46,420 nucleotides of DNA from a virus. The translations under genes were made by a program, and so were the position numbers. How positions within the stretch are numbered: the stretch's first letter is position 1; every line of letters starts with the position of its first letter. Positions 16,001 through 25,594 of this stretch are shown here, in pieces. The stretch is taken from IMG/VR virus record IMGVR_UViG_3300005253_000023; one strand, 5' to 3'. The notes under the pieces are model-generated. The model ran no database searches and was not told where the DNA came from. It saw only the letters and a list, made by a program, of their open reading frames with translations.

Positions 16001-16936
16001 TGTGAATTCTATTTTTGTGACTGCTGATTTTTCTATTCCCGTTGTAACTATCGCAGTATCCTCGTTAGTATAAACCAGGTCTTTAAATCCATAAGTACTA
16101 AGGCCACCGTTTCTATTCTCGCCATAAGTGCCGTAGTTGCCCAACAAAAGACTATCTTCTGCTACTACCGCCGTATTGGGGTCTGATAAAACCGTTCTGA
16201 TCTCAAAATTAGTTACGTAAGTAGGTGATGACTCACCCGCAAAATCCCCCAATGGATCACCGAAGGTCTCACCCTCTAAATGGTATGGAACAACCCTGAA
16301 TACATGCTCAATTTCATATTCCTGAACATAGGTAGAAACGAAGCCATTTGTTAGAACTTGTAATTCACCTGTTTTCCATAATGGTTCGCCACCATCAGCC
16401 GTAGCAGTTTTTAATTCACCTGTAAGGCCATCTACCTTAAAAAATTGTTCTGTCCCTGTGAAAGCATTGTTATAATTAACAGTATCATCATTTTCTATTA
16501 GCCCATACTTAAAGACCATAGCAGTTTTTGCCGTTGTACCCCTTAATTCAACATCCGAATAAGGCCCGCCAGCGTCGGTTAACGGTACACCCGCATCAAT
16601 AGAATAAAATAATTCTAAGTCGGTAAGATTTGTAATAGTGCCTTCAAAAGTTGTTTTTACCCCCGCCTGAAACTCATGAAATGTATCACCTATAGACCAA
16701 TCATCATCCAGCCAAGACCCCGATTGTCTTTCTATTAGATTCTGTGCATTAGTATAATCAAATAAATTTGTTATATCCGCAGTGCTTTCCCAGGATAATT
16801 GTAAGGTGTAATCAGCACGTTTAAGCCCTTGTATGAATCCTTTGGGATGCGTAGCGAAATCGCCTGTGTCAAGCGAAAAGTCGTCGCCATTTCTTAGAGC
16901 TGAGAAGAATTTTCTACTTGTGATCAGTAACGACAT
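13019..16936 (-). CDS. tail fibre / receptor-binding megaprotein
   Basis: 1305 aa, the largest ORF, downstream of the tape measure and baseplate genes. The C-terminal third has NHL/beta-propeller-like strands (VADQSNSRVRVM, AVDQTNNNFRFIDL). Confidence 0.65.
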   Translation of the reverse strand: MSLLITSRKFFSALRNGDDFSLDTGDFATHPKGFIQGLKRADYTLQLSWESTADITNLFDYTNAQNLIERQSGSWLDDDWSIGDTFHEFQAGVKTTFEGTITNLTDLELFYSIDAGVPLTDAGGPYSDVELRGTTAKTAMVFKYGLIENDDTVNYNNAFTGTEQFFKVDGLTGELKTATADGGEPLWKTGELQVLTNGFVSTYVQEYEIEHVFRVVPYHLEGETFGDPLGDFAGESSPTYVTNFEIRTVLSDPNTAVVAEDSLLLGNYGTYGENRNGGLSTYGFKDLVYTNEDTAIVTTGIEKSAVTKIEFTLTSDNGTLVTAATRYVFYVSKLPTDAEYTDQTGNYDEIWLSDSHSVVIGSAVAFGGIITNLNSSLIDANNVAIEVILEYSTAQQALIEEGAEFLISVSVEDQTTTVDTSDEEIVEIDRDEYVINADIPGLWAYTEVVHYPHTFEKTTAGFTDYKGWIEDGILTKFTGELSLDLDALLDSMTFRLVAFNPTTEEFFELQNFVYVFNSVFTQDGGFTTQQITLDTTRGFNLNVDDQFNEVTLTGQARVSNRQPIEGTIAWKANWQDWLALDGADTVFYDAAEENDGLNNNISRYSLKEGYEIRIFLEAGITEGNSVTTYRHKSNTINLLNRDEAPPLDPGWTATVETFNEAGTISFGVGIDAGISRDANTLYRTTWAKGIAPIPALPQTAAHRIQEIDGTFNNWELSTFRDPPPNNLLIPKDGEDFLVFVGFTANDLTFVTECLIDHTRLEDDRCYRLGYRTWNEPTLIPLPVYDITADNTDGLAAEIITDQASDPTGATDYRNDPTATTTIIVRRDDPAITDINLLDELWRFTEDNGDIIGTFDFSQGVLSGLSGALKTDIQNAFAGDVTDIPPSNIVYDKNDVHDAYNSIIQVAIAWKVTGSFLDPTNVESNLDTIDVPIFHISSRWFGPGHAKLLLASENTVVVADQSNSRVRVMTFIDNTFREINDSEVIAIIGAPQGLAVDQLDVINGQPVIYCHRFNTGQVFEMVKNAGVGWTATVIITGVGGGVNADIAIIEGRRENGKPVLITAAFGNELSVAWFDGAIWKRTLTNALPGHSGLSTCVSDSIGRVYLQNRGDGSGIANRGGNIERYIYNGNLQTDAIATVADFVNQWTGTVILGDNAASGNIDGDGATARFQANEELEILEEDSNNNPTLWIGQRATLFGSNEIFRVCTPDNISVPAAANWTVESPFQAAAGIDGHVDGTGSVVRFGELHLGSFIKSATEIIAVDQTNNNFRFIDLNSKDGSVDNVVDTVVPDDKSTTPGLVEAKAF

Positions 16937-17174
16937 CTTTTAAGTTTTCAAATGTTTTAATATCTAAATTACGTTCCATCCCCGATATACGCTGCATATC
17001 GCCCATCATAGCTATCATCTTATCAAGATTACCCTCTCGTATACAATTTAGTGCTTTATTGGCTATCATCTTATCTTCTGGCGTTTTGGCAAGACTGCGA
17101 ATTTCACCCGTAAGCTTACCAAGTCGTTTAGTTGCTTTGCCTGATTGTTTTATAAGTTTTTTTAGGTTATCCAT
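16914..17174 (-). CDS. hypothetical protein
   Basis: 86-aa helical ORF overlapping both neighbours. Confidence 0.55.
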   Translation of the reverse strand: MDNLKKLIKQSGKATKRLGKLTGEIRSLAKTPEDKMIANKALNCIREGNLDKMIAMMGDMQRISGMERNLDIKTFENLKDVVTDHK

Positions 17175-18876
17175 TTATCTTTTCTTCTTGCAGGTTATTG
17201 GTGTATTGTTGATGTTTTGCATAGGTAAGCTCTGCCTTATCTGCCGCAGCAGTCCATAACAATTGTATTGCTTCTTCACGTTCGCCTTCAGTAGGTATAA
17301 TTTCACCACTTTCTATTATTTCTATCCAATTATCCAGGTGGAAAGATTCTTGTTCAACCGACCTGGGTAGCCTCAATTGCCCCGATCCTTCTACAAAGCT
17401 ATCATATACATAGTACTTTTCATAAAGGGTTTCAGTGGATATTTTCTCTCTATGGTTAGGTCTTAACCCATTACCCTCAGTAAATACTAATTTAGGAACC
17501 GAAAACGTACGCTGTGAAATCTTCATCGGTTCAGGACGGTTTGTTAATCCTTTGGCCAAATTAGATTTTTGACCAAATGCCCTGAGTAAACTATCCGCGA
17601 TCCCTGCAAGACCTAATAATATTTCTTCAATAAAATTAAGGTTTCCTTTGCGTGATCCTAAAGCAAGTGGTATCTGTATACGCTCTTCGCCTGTTATTGT
17701 TGTTCCACCACCGCCTTTTATACTGGTAACTACGGTAAAGATCTTACCTTCTGTTTCCCTAGTAGTATAGTCGTCACTTGAATCGTCAATATACGATATA
17801 ATCTTGGTGCGATTTAACTGATCATCATTGAATTTAAACTCTTCATTGAGCACATCCTTGCGCCTATATTTAGCATTCTGTTGCCAAAATAGGTCGCCAC
17901 GACTGCGCTGGTGGAATACATTGTTGATAACCGCTGTTTTGGTATTGCCAAATGCTGTCACTATTCTTATTACGCCCGCAAGGGTGGCCCCCGGTTCACC
18001 ATCGGCGGGTATGCCAATAGACCTCACACCAAGTAAGGTATTTTTATCTTCTACCAATTGGGTCATAGTAGGAATATAAATAGCATCCTCTAGCTCCGTG
18101 ATGTCAGTCTCAAAGCCGTCATAGCCCAGAGAGTCTATGCCTTTTTCTATTAGAGTCTTTAGACTTATTCCCTTTAATGTACCCCTACGATCTTCAAATA
18201 GCTTGATAATTGCGACAATAAGTAATGCTACCTGCGCTGCTAAAATAGCATAATAAAGAGCAAATATGATAGTTTGTCCTAACTTCTGTTTCGCTCCTGC
18301 GGCTACGCTTGTCGGGGTTCCTGTAGCTACTATTGAAGTACTTGTATTATCATCTTCAGCGTCATCTCTAGCAACTTGTACCAAGCGATCAAATAAGTAG
18401 AAAACAATAAACTGTAATAATCCCGTTAATGAATCATCATTAGTAGGCACTACTTGAAAAGGAACTGAAGTATAATCCGATACCGTAATAGCCTTTGAAT
18501 CCACTAATTCTTTGAATGTAACACCTTCGGCCTTCGCCAACAGATCATTCATACCATTTATCTTTACAAGCGTTGCGGTATATTTTACGGGTGTTACTTC
18601 AGTTATTTCAGTTAGATAATTAGCGAACCTGAATATTGAACCGTTTTTTGTAATCTCCGTATTGTATGGTATCTGTACAAATATGCCAAACTGCCCGTTT
18701 ATATGATCCGTGATTATTGTTGCCGCTTCATTGACAAATGTAAGTTCAATAGGTTTAATTGATGCCTCAATGCTATTACGGGAAAACAATGCTTCAAACT
18801 GCATAGTCTTCCATTCAACAGGTGGAATGATTTGCTTGCCGTTTAAAAAGTGCCTTATTTCCTGTGTTGTTCCCAT
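17167..18876 (-). CDS. distal tail / baseplate protein (hypothetical)
   Basis: 569 aa, immediately after the tape measure. Contains an internal 26-aa hydrophobic segment. Confidence 0.6.
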   Translation of the reverse strand: MGTTQEIRHFLNGKQIIPPVEWKTMQFEALFSRNSIEASIKPIELTFVNEAATIITDHINGQFGIFVQIPYNTEITKNGSIFRFANYLTEITEVTPVKYTATLVKINGMNDLLAKAEGVTFKELVDSKAITVSDYTSVPFQVVPTNDDSLTGLLQFIVFYLFDRLVQVARDDAEDDNTSTSIVATGTPTSVAAGAKQKLGQTIIFALYYAILAAQVALLIVAIIKLFEDRRGTLKGISLKTLIEKGIDSLGYDGFETDITELEDAIYIPTMTQLVEDKNTLLGVRSIGIPADGEPGATLAGVIRIVTAFGNTKTAVINNVFHQRSRGDLFWQQNAKYRRKDVLNEEFKFNDDQLNRTKIISYIDDSSDDYTTRETEGKIFTVVTSIKGGGGTTITGEERIQIPLALGSRKGNLNFIEEILLGLAGIADSLLRAFGQKSNLAKGLTNRPEPMKISQRTFSVPKLVFTEGNGLRPNHREKISTETLYEKYYVYDSFVEGSGQLRLPRSVEQESFHLDNWIEIIESGEIIPTEGEREEAIQLLWTAAADKAELTYAKHQQYTNNLQEEKING

Positions 18877-21743
18877 ACGTTACTGGAATAATGAGTAATT
18901 ATTCTCTTATTTTTCATTGTTTTTGTTTCCCGTATCCCATCCACTAGGTTTGACCAGTCCACATGATACCCTGGTATACTATTTATTGCCTGCTTAACGT
19001 CACTAAGCTCACTTTTTAGCGTGTTTGTCTGGTTTTTGATAGCATTACCTATCCCGGCAGTAGAATCGCTTAAATTGAAGTTCGCCATACCCCGCGTCTG
19101 ATTTAATATTTCTTTGGTTTGGCTGGCAGTGTAAACGGTAGAGTGTCTTGGCAAATACGCTACTGTTTTATCTTCTATTAAACTAGCCCCTTTACCTGTT
19201 TGAACTATCTCTGCTCCATGTTCAGCAAGCTTGGCTAATCCTTCGGGTGAATCGGTTGTTCCTTTGAAGAATCCCGGTATGCCTGCTGCCCCTCCGGCTG
19301 TCTCTAAAATTTTAAATACCCCTTCCAATATTGCTTGTTGGCTTCCTGATTTTATAGCATCTAATAAATCAACTATCCCACCTAATCCTTCTTTAGTATT
19401 TTCAAGGTTTTCAATGGTTTGTTCTTGTCTTTTTTGCTCTGCATCGGCTGCATCTTGTTGAGCTTTGGATATTTTAGCAATAGACTCTTCTGTGTCCTTT
19501 ACAATAGTATCAAGCGTATCTTTATTTTCCTGTATTTTCTTTTCGTCTGCTTTTTTAAGTGCTTCCAAATCATCAAGAACAATTTTAGGAACTCCCGTTT
19601 TTTCATTCTCTTCTGCCAAGGCTGCGTTTAAATCTCTTGAAAGTTTCACACGTAATTTGAATGCCTCTTTCTCCCTTTTTTCTCTCGCCTTCCTTTGTTC
19701 TTTGGTTTCTTCCCTAGAAATACTAATATCAGGAGTATCTTCAATTGATTTTTTGATTGTTTCCAATTGTTTCTGTAATAATGCCAATTGATTTTTTAGG
19801 TTTACTGTCTTTTTAGACCCATCATCAAAAGCAAGATTTAAATTTTTAGTAGACTCTACTAAATCAGCATTGAGTACTAGTGCATCTGACTGTTGAGTTG
19901 ATAGATTTTGCATCTTTTTGCCAAGATTACCTAATGCCTCTTCTTCACGTTTGTTTTCTTTAGTTAAAATCTCTTCTTCTTGAATTAAATCTTGGGTAGC
20001 TTCTATTACATTTAATGTCTGAGCCAATAAGTCCTTTTTCTGGCGTAAATTAGCTTCATCAATATTTTTAACCAGCCGATCTATTTCTATCGCCTCTTCT
20101 ACCGATTTATTTAATTCTCTCTGCCCTTCTGCCGCTTCCTTGGCTCCTGATGCAAATGCTTTAAATGCTACCACTGCCGTAAGTACTACGGAAACTAAAG
20201 CACCGATTATATTTGCCTTTGTGACCTTGTCTAGCGTCTTAAATGATACTATCGCTGCTTTTATTCCACCAGTGAGGCCAGCCATTGCAACTTTTAATCC
20301 ATTAACGCCAAAATTCAATAATTTAGTTCTTAGACTAATTGCTATTAATACCAATCTATAAGAGCCCCAAGCTGTTACAGCTATTAAAATTACTTTTACA
20401 ATGGTTCTGATATTTTGCCCCAAAAACCTTACTACTCTGCTTAATCCCCTTGATGCCCCTGTAGCCTGATTGGTTCCTAATATAAAATCCTCCCACCTAC
20501 TTTTTAATATTTTAAGTTCAGCATCCAAAGACATCAACTGACTATCAACTAAATCCTGTAATGCACCTCCATTATCTCTTATTGCTTGGGCATTTGTTTG
20601 AATAATATCCGTATTCTCGGCAAGAATAACACCCACTTTAGCAGCCCTTGCACCGAATAAATCACCAGCAATAGCAAGTAATTCAACCCCTGTTCTTCCT
20701 TCATCAATTGCGATATTTATTTTATCCAAACCGTCCTGAAGCGTCAATCCTGATTTGGCAAGTTTTATTTGCGCAGTAGAAAGTAACCTACCAGAATTTG
20801 CAGCCTTTAGCCCGTTATCAGCTAATATACCTACTATAGCTCCTGTAAATGCTAAGTCTTCACCCAATAGTCTAGATATAGGAGAAAGAAATGCAAAGGC
20901 ATCTTTCATTTTCTCAAAGTTCAGCGTGGTAGAGGTTCTTATAGTTGCTATTACATCAGCAAATTCTGCCGCCGCCGCCGAACCTCTACCAAAAGCGTTT
21001 AATTGTTGGATTAAAAATTCACCTGCTTCAGCAGATGTTACTTTTAATCCAATACTTAAATCTGTAACAGGCTTAAGTAAATCAATTATTTCTTCTCTGG
21101 TCTTACCTAAAGTTGCTAGTGATTCAGCTAGTTGTGCTGTTTCATTGGCTGTTCGTACTGATGAAGCCCCTACTCTTCTGATTTCTTCCTCAACTGCTGC
21201 TAAGTCTTCACGGGATATTCTAAATATACCCGCTACAGTTTGCATGGTTAGCCCAAATTCACGAATCACTGTGATTGAACCACGAATTAGTCTGAATGCA
21301 CCAAATATTCCTAAAGTAACTCCTGCGGCTTGAGAAAGTCTAATAAATCCTGCCCGTACTAATCCTAACTGCTTGCTTAATCCTAATGTTGATCTGGCCG
21401 TTGCTCGGTTTTCCCTGTTAACTTCTTTTAATCGTTCGCGTATAACAGCTAATTGCCTGGCTTCTTTAGTGGCTGCTATTCTTAATCGTTCAGTAGTTGT
21501 GACTAGGGCTTTTTGCTGCCTTTCCCTTTCCTTGAGAGCAATATTGCCACGTTCAAGCTGTTTATTTTGTTTAGCAAAATCTGCTGATCGTGAACCAGGG
21601 CCAAGTCTTGTAGATGACAGGGTAGTTTTAATTTCTTTTAATTCAGCATCAGTCTTCCTAAGAGTCTGATTAAGTGTGACAAACTCTGCCGCCAATTCCT
21701 GGACTGCTTTTACGCCTATCTCATCGCCCCTAATTATCCCCAT
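18855..21743 (-). CDS. tail tape measure protein
   Basis: 962 aa, helical/coiled-coil rich with hydrophobic segments. Canonical position after the chaperone-like pair. Confidence 0.8.
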   Translation of the reverse strand: MGIIRGDEIGVKAVQELAAEFVTLNQTLRKTDAELKEIKTTLSSTRLGPGSRSADFAKQNKQLERGNIALKERERQQKALVTTTERLRIAATKEARQLAVIRERLKEVNRENRATARSTLGLSKQLGLVRAGFIRLSQAAGVTLGIFGAFRLIRGSITVIREFGLTMQTVAGIFRISREDLAAVEEEIRRVGASSVRTANETAQLAESLATLGKTREEIIDLLKPVTDLSIGLKVTSAEAGEFLIQQLNAFGRGSAAAAEFADVIATIRTSTTLNFEKMKDAFAFLSPISRLLGEDLAFTGAIVGILADNGLKAANSGRLLSTAQIKLAKSGLTLQDGLDKINIAIDEGRTGVELLAIAGDLFGARAAKVGVILAENTDIIQTNAQAIRDNGGALQDLVDSQLMSLDAELKILKSRWEDFILGTNQATGASRGLSRVVRFLGQNIRTIVKVILIAVTAWGSYRLVLIAISLRTKLLNFGVNGLKVAMAGLTGGIKAAIVSFKTLDKVTKANIIGALVSVVLTAVVAFKAFASGAKEAAEGQRELNKSVEEAIEIDRLVKNIDEANLRQKKDLLAQTLNVIEATQDLIQEEEILTKENKREEEALGNLGKKMQNLSTQQSDALVLNADLVESTKNLNLAFDDGSKKTVNLKNQLALLQKQLETIKKSIEDTPDISISREETKEQRKAREKREKEAFKLRVKLSRDLNAALAEENEKTGVPKIVLDDLEALKKADEKKIQENKDTLDTIVKDTEESIAKISKAQQDAADAEQKRQEQTIENLENTKEGLGGIVDLLDAIKSGSQQAILEGVFKILETAGGAAGIPGFFKGTTDSPEGLAKLAEHGAEIVQTGKGASLIEDKTVAYLPRHSTVYTASQTKEILNQTRGMANFNLSDSTAGIGNAIKNQTNTLKSELSDVKQAINSIPGYHVDWSNLVDGIRETKTMKNKRIITHYSSNVWEQHRK

Positions 21744-22242
21744 GACTGTTTATATTTTGGATAATACCATAGTAAGCGGCAGCCTTGATCTTGCGTGGAT
21801 CAATAAAAGATACATTCTGATATTTGGCAACCTGAGCCATTTCTTTGTTTCGTTGCGGTTTGGTATCTATTTGGAAGCCTTTTAATTCCCTTTCCTTGAT
21901 CCTGATCCTGTTATTTAAAAACAGATTCCCGGTAAGTGCCATATCTATCCTATCAATCATAATAGCCCCTTTTATTTTCCATATCCTTGTGAATTCATCA
22001 GATATGCCCATCATGTCAAAATATTGATCTTGCAATCCCATCCATATAGTCATAACATCAACTTTCACAGGTTTGTCTTTAAACAGGTATTTGGCATCGC
22101 CCTTATCAATCAGCTTAAACCAATTGAACAAAGGGATTTCATCAAACTGGCTGTATACCAAGCTCTCGTCGTATTTGGTTTTGGAGCTTAGCCAAGATAA
22201 AAGCTTGCCCCAAATCTTGCGTATTTTCTGTAGTAAGTTCAA
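21730..22242 (-). CDS. tail assembly chaperone extension frame (T-like) or independent gene
   Basis: Frame opens right after a TAA. The track start is TTG. Overlaps 22142..22624 by 101 nt in the +1 frame. Confidence 0.5.
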   Translation of the reverse strand: MNLLQKIRKIWGKLLSWLSSKTKYDESLVYSQFDEIPLFNWFKLIDKGDAKYLFKDKPVKVDVMTIWMGLQDQYFDMMGISDEFTRIWKIKGAIMIDRIDMALTGNLFLNNRIRIKERELKGFQIDTKPQRNKEMAQVAKYQNVSFIDPRKIKAAAYYGIIQNINSHGDN

Positions 22243-22624
22243 TTATATTTTCTCCATATTTATCTAATAGGTCTACTGTTAAACCTCTATCTCTAAAGTC
22301 TGTAGCCCTTTTAACCGTGTCGGCACTAGTCACAAGCCCTACACCCTTAACTGCATCGGCCCTGATAGACCTTCTGAAAACCCCGGTATCTGTAAAGTTA
22401 AACGGGTCGCCCGCTTTCTTCAGACCACCCGTAATTTTCTCAGTAGCTATAGAATATCTGCCTATTATGACATCATCGGCGTTTACACCTCTTCTAAATA
22501 ATTGATCATCACGAATGAACTTTACAGCCGCACTGCGAATAGCGGGATCAGAAAGAACTTTAAATAGGACGGTATCAGCATTAAGCCTTGCTCCCTTCTT
22601 TATCAGTTCCCTTAGTTTTCCCAT
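22142..22624 (-). CDS. tail assembly chaperone (G-like) candidate
   Basis: 160 aa, directly upstream of the tape measure region. Ends GUU UGA UGA. Confidence 0.5.
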   Translation of the reverse strand: MGKLRELIKKGARLNADTVLFKVLSDPAIRSAAVKFIRDDQLFRRGVNADDVIIGRYSIATEKITGGLKKAGDPFNFTDTGVFRRSIRADAVKGVGLVTSADTVKRATDFRDRGLTVDLLDKYGENIIELTTENTQDLGQAFILAKLQNQIRRELGIQPV

Positions 22625-22757
22625 GCTTTATAATATAAGCCCAACAGTCGCTAATATCAACACGCAGTTTACCCGTATGGGCTTTCATAAATGCTTCCTT
22701 GCCCATTGCCTTACAAGCGTCAACGTTCATGTATTTTTTTACGTATTCTTCTATCAT
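22581..22757 (-). CDS. small protein (58 aa)
   Basis: MIEEYVKKYMNVDACKAMGKEAFMKAHTGKL... ATGA overlap with the stop of 22754..23689. Confidence 0.4.
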   Translation of the reverse strand: MIEEYVKKYMNVDACKAMGKEAFMKAHTGKLRVDISDCWAYIIKHGKTKGTDKEGSKA

Positions 22758-23689
22758 GGTACTGTAATATCAGGTGGGTTTAACTTACTCAAGTCAAAAG
22801 TATCTCTTGATCCTGTCAACTGCAATACATCTGCCGATGTTTGTATAGGAAATACAAAATCATATATCCCAGAGACGCCGGGCGTTGTCTCAGTAACAGT
22901 AGTTACTACGATGGCCAGACTTGTCGTAAAATTAAAAAGTACAAAGTCAGCCAGTACAAGATTTGTGATAGGCTCTCTATTAGGGAGTGAACCATAGTCA
23001 AATGTAATGGTCGCAGTGAAAGTAGTTGTGGTGATAGTAGTATAAACACCATTAGCATCCCTTAAACCTTCTAGTGCAGTCAAATCAACACTGTCTAAGT
23101 CTTCAGAATTTACTTGACGTAAGTCTTCATCAAACTCAGTCTGTGCCATTTGGAAGTTCATCTGAACATTTTGGTTGTTAGTACCGCCAGTAGCACCCAT
23201 TAGACGAGTCCAAAAGTTAGACAATTCAATTGGGAATAACTTACTGGTATCGTCATCTCTCCACATCCCTTGTATAGCCCCTGATCTGTCTACCATATAA
23301 AATGAAAGATCAGAACAAGAATGATTCCTAAATTGGTCAAGGTAAGTAGTAGATTCACCTTTATTGTGCGCCACAAACTGTCGCACACCTTGTGAGATGA
23401 ATTCCGTTGAGCCGTCTGAATTTGATTCTTCTGTAGGGTCTGCCCTTTCAGTAGTAACATCTTTCAGATGCCCGGTAGTAGGAAACCAGCGTTTAGACTC
23501 ATCCGTGTTATTAACCAAACCATCAAAAAGTGCTTGGTTAAGTGTTACGGACAAATCCAGAAAATTCGCTGCTCCTGTAGTGTCATTGGTCTTCACGAAT
23601 ATGATTGTATCCATCAAGCCAAATAGGGTAGCACAAGTGGTTGTTCCCGTGTTGCCTATCCCTCCGCCGCATTTACATAAATCTGCCAT
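22754..23689 (-). CDS. major tail protein candidate
   Basis: 311 aa. The call rests on position only (upstream of the chaperones and tape measure). Confidence 0.4.
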   Translation of the reverse strand: MADLCKCGGGIGNTGTTTCATLFGLMDTIIFVKTNDTTGAANFLDLSVTLNQALFDGLVNNTDESKRWFPTTGHLKDVTTERADPTEESNSDGSTEFISQGVRQFVAHNKGESTTYLDQFRNHSCSDLSFYMVDRSGAIQGMWRDDDTSKLFPIELSNFWTRLMGATGGTNNQNVQMNFQMAQTEFDEDLRQVNSEDLDSVDLTALEGLRDANGVYTTITTTTFTATITFDYGSLPNREPITNLVLADFVLFNFTTSLAIVVTTVTETTPGVSGIYDFVFPIQTSADVLQLTGSRDTFDLSKLNPPDITVP

Positions 23690-23694
23690 AATTA

Positions 23695-24015
23695 TTAATA
23701 TTCTGTTATAAAAATTTCAAATGTTCCCGCTTCCGTTATTGCACATAGCTCACCCGTGTATATGTTATCCGTAGGCATTTCCCAAAATGGAATAGCACCT
23801 ACTTTAGAGCTTATAAAGATGCCCTTCATGTCATCGTCTACACTAGCGGGTTGTAATTTTAACCAAAACCCGATAGCGTTGTCATTATTAGATACATGCA
23901 AAAACACCCTGTTTGTATTGGCAACCGCTATCGTAGTAGATGAAGATGAATTTAAGGTAATACCTCCTGATACGGTAGCCGTTGGACTTGTATTTCTATT
24001 TCTTCCTATAGTCAT
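23695..24015 (-). CDS. virion structural protein (hypothetical)
   Basis: 106-aa ORF in the head-tail connector region. Confidence 0.6.
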   Translation of the reverse strand: MTIGRNRNTSPTATVSGGITLNSSSSTTIAVANTNRVFLHVSNNDNAIGFWLKLQPASVDDDMKGIFISSKVGAIPFWEMPTDNIYTGELCAITEAGTFEIFITEY

Positions 24016-25040
24016 GGTAGAAAATTAAATGCCGGTGACACCTCAGACACCAATGATGAGTTAATAATTTTAAATTCCATAACCGCCGTTACAAACGTAT
24101 TAGGGTTCGTATCCGATCGTGCCTGGAAAAGTATCTCTGACTTTTCAGGAAGCTTTAAAAATGTCTTAAACGGGTATATAACGTTTGACTGATAGTTTGA
24201 AGATATACCACCAACAGCAAACGGGCCAACGCCGCCGATCTGTATTCTGGGCCTTACCCTTACGTCTTCACCTTTAGGCGCGAATATTACCGCTTGCTCC
24301 CAAAATGCTGTCTTGCCAAGGGGTACGGTAAAAAATGAATCAAAAGACGATAAATCGCCTGCCTTCATTACACTCCTAACTAGTCCACCTCCTGATACAC
24401 GTAATGTTATATCACCATCATTCTCACCAAGACTGCCTACTTGTGAGGTTACGAACCTATTTTTTCTAAAATGTGTTCCCGATATTACAACGGGGGTTGT
24501 ACCGTTCATATCTACTTCAACTTCCGCCTGTTGTGTATAATCAGCAGCAAGCGTTTGAATTATGATTTTCTGTGCTCCTGTTCCTGCTATTGTATCGTTA
24601 ACACTTGAGCTTACTACTTCCCATTCTTCTGCAACAGTAGGAAATACAAGATTACCTCCACCATTCCACAGGTCAGCAAAAGTTAGTCCTACATCGGCCT
24701 GATTTGATATTATGCCCAAAGATGCAACGCCAGGAATAAGACCAATGGCAACTTCTAAGTCGTAATTGGTAGATCGTGGCTTGCTTGCGCCAACATTTAT
24801 TAAATCAAGTGCAGCTACTACCTGATCAATAGTTGTGAATCCTGAGACACCGTCAATTGTCCAGTCTGCGGCTGCCGCCCCGGTGGTTATTTTTGTGCCG
24901 TCTTGTAATGACATTGAGATAGTAGCTATAGATGCCCCACCTTTCGTATAACTATAATACCACAGGTTAGATGAATAAAAAAGATTGCCCTTTTCTGTCA
25001 CCTTAAAACCGCCCGTCTGTAATCTTTCTATAATTATCAT
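24012..25040 (-). CDS. virion structural protein (hypothetical)
   Basis: Start set to the ATG at 25040 (MIIIERL), an ATGA overlap with the stop at 25037. Confidence 0.65.
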   Translation of the reverse strand: MIIIERLQTGGFKVTEKGNLFYSSNLWYYSYTKGGASIATISMSLQDGTKITTGAAAADWTIDGVSGFTTIDQVVAALDLINVGASKPRSTNYDLEVAIGLIPGVASLGIISNQADVGLTFADLWNGGGNLVFPTVAEEWEVVSSSVNDTIAGTGAQKIIIQTLAADYTQQAEVEVDMNGTTPVVISGTHFRKNRFVTSQVGSLGENDGDITLRVSGGGLVRSVMKAGDLSSFDSFFTVPLGKTAFWEQAVIFAPKGEDVRVRPRIQIGGVGPFAVGGISSNYQSNVIYPFKTFLKLPEKSEILFQARSDTNPNTFVTAVMEFKIINSSLVSEVSPAFNFLP

Positions 25041-25594
25041 TCTATACAAACATCATTTTCATCGTACTCTACCGATAAGTTAAACCTTACAAAGTGAAAA
25101 TCGCTCATATCATCCTGTGATATTCTTTCACTTAACTCTGCGGATAATGTCAAACCTGTATAGACATTATCCCTGCCTGTAACAAAACTTTCAAGCTCAA
25201 ACATGGCATCTGATCTGTTTATAGCCAAAAATATATCGTTGTGCATCTCTTCATCTGCCCTGTGTAACACCCCGGGATATAGCTGATCTAGCTTGCCCTG
25301 AAATACTATACTTATCTCTGAGGTAAATGAATTAGCATCATACTCCCTGGTAGGATTGACCAGAAAAAAAGAACTTACATTAAATGAGTCATCAAAGAAT
25401 ACATCTTCGTATTCATTGCTTTCCAAATAATGTTCTGGAATAATATCTAGCCCATTAACATTAACATAAACTCTTGGATATGATTGATAGTCTGTCCATG
25501 ATGCCTTGGTAGTTAAATCCGTAAACAGGTGCTTTTGCAGGTTGTTCACCTGAATGTCTACAAGTACCGGGTTATCTTTTAACACTAAGCTCAT
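25037..25594 (-). CDS. virion structural protein (hypothetical)
   Basis: 185-aa ORF with ATGA overlaps. Confidence 0.65.
   Translation of the reverse strand: MSLVLKDNPVLVDIQVNNLQKHLFTDLTTKASWTDYQSYPRVYVNVNGLDIIPEHYLESNEYEDVFFDDSFNVSSFFLVNPTREYDANSFTSEISIVFQGKLDQLYPGVLHRADEEMHNDIFLAINRSDAMFELESFVTGRDNVYTGLTLSAELSERISQDDMSDFHFVRFNLSVEYDENDVCIE

Noticed and set aside
19231-21669. Plus-strand ORFs antisense to the tape measure gene (for example 20755..21333, 192 aa, and 19465..19791)
   Set aside because: They have low-complexity S/A/L-rich translations and no promoter boxes or coupling. They are fully nested opposite a long, well-supported minus-strand gene. These are typical shadow ORFs.
22515-22997. 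160-aa plus-strand ORF spanning the chaperone / major-tail junction
   Set aside because: It crosses two minus-strand genes and their coupled junction and has no independent signals, so it is most likely spurious.
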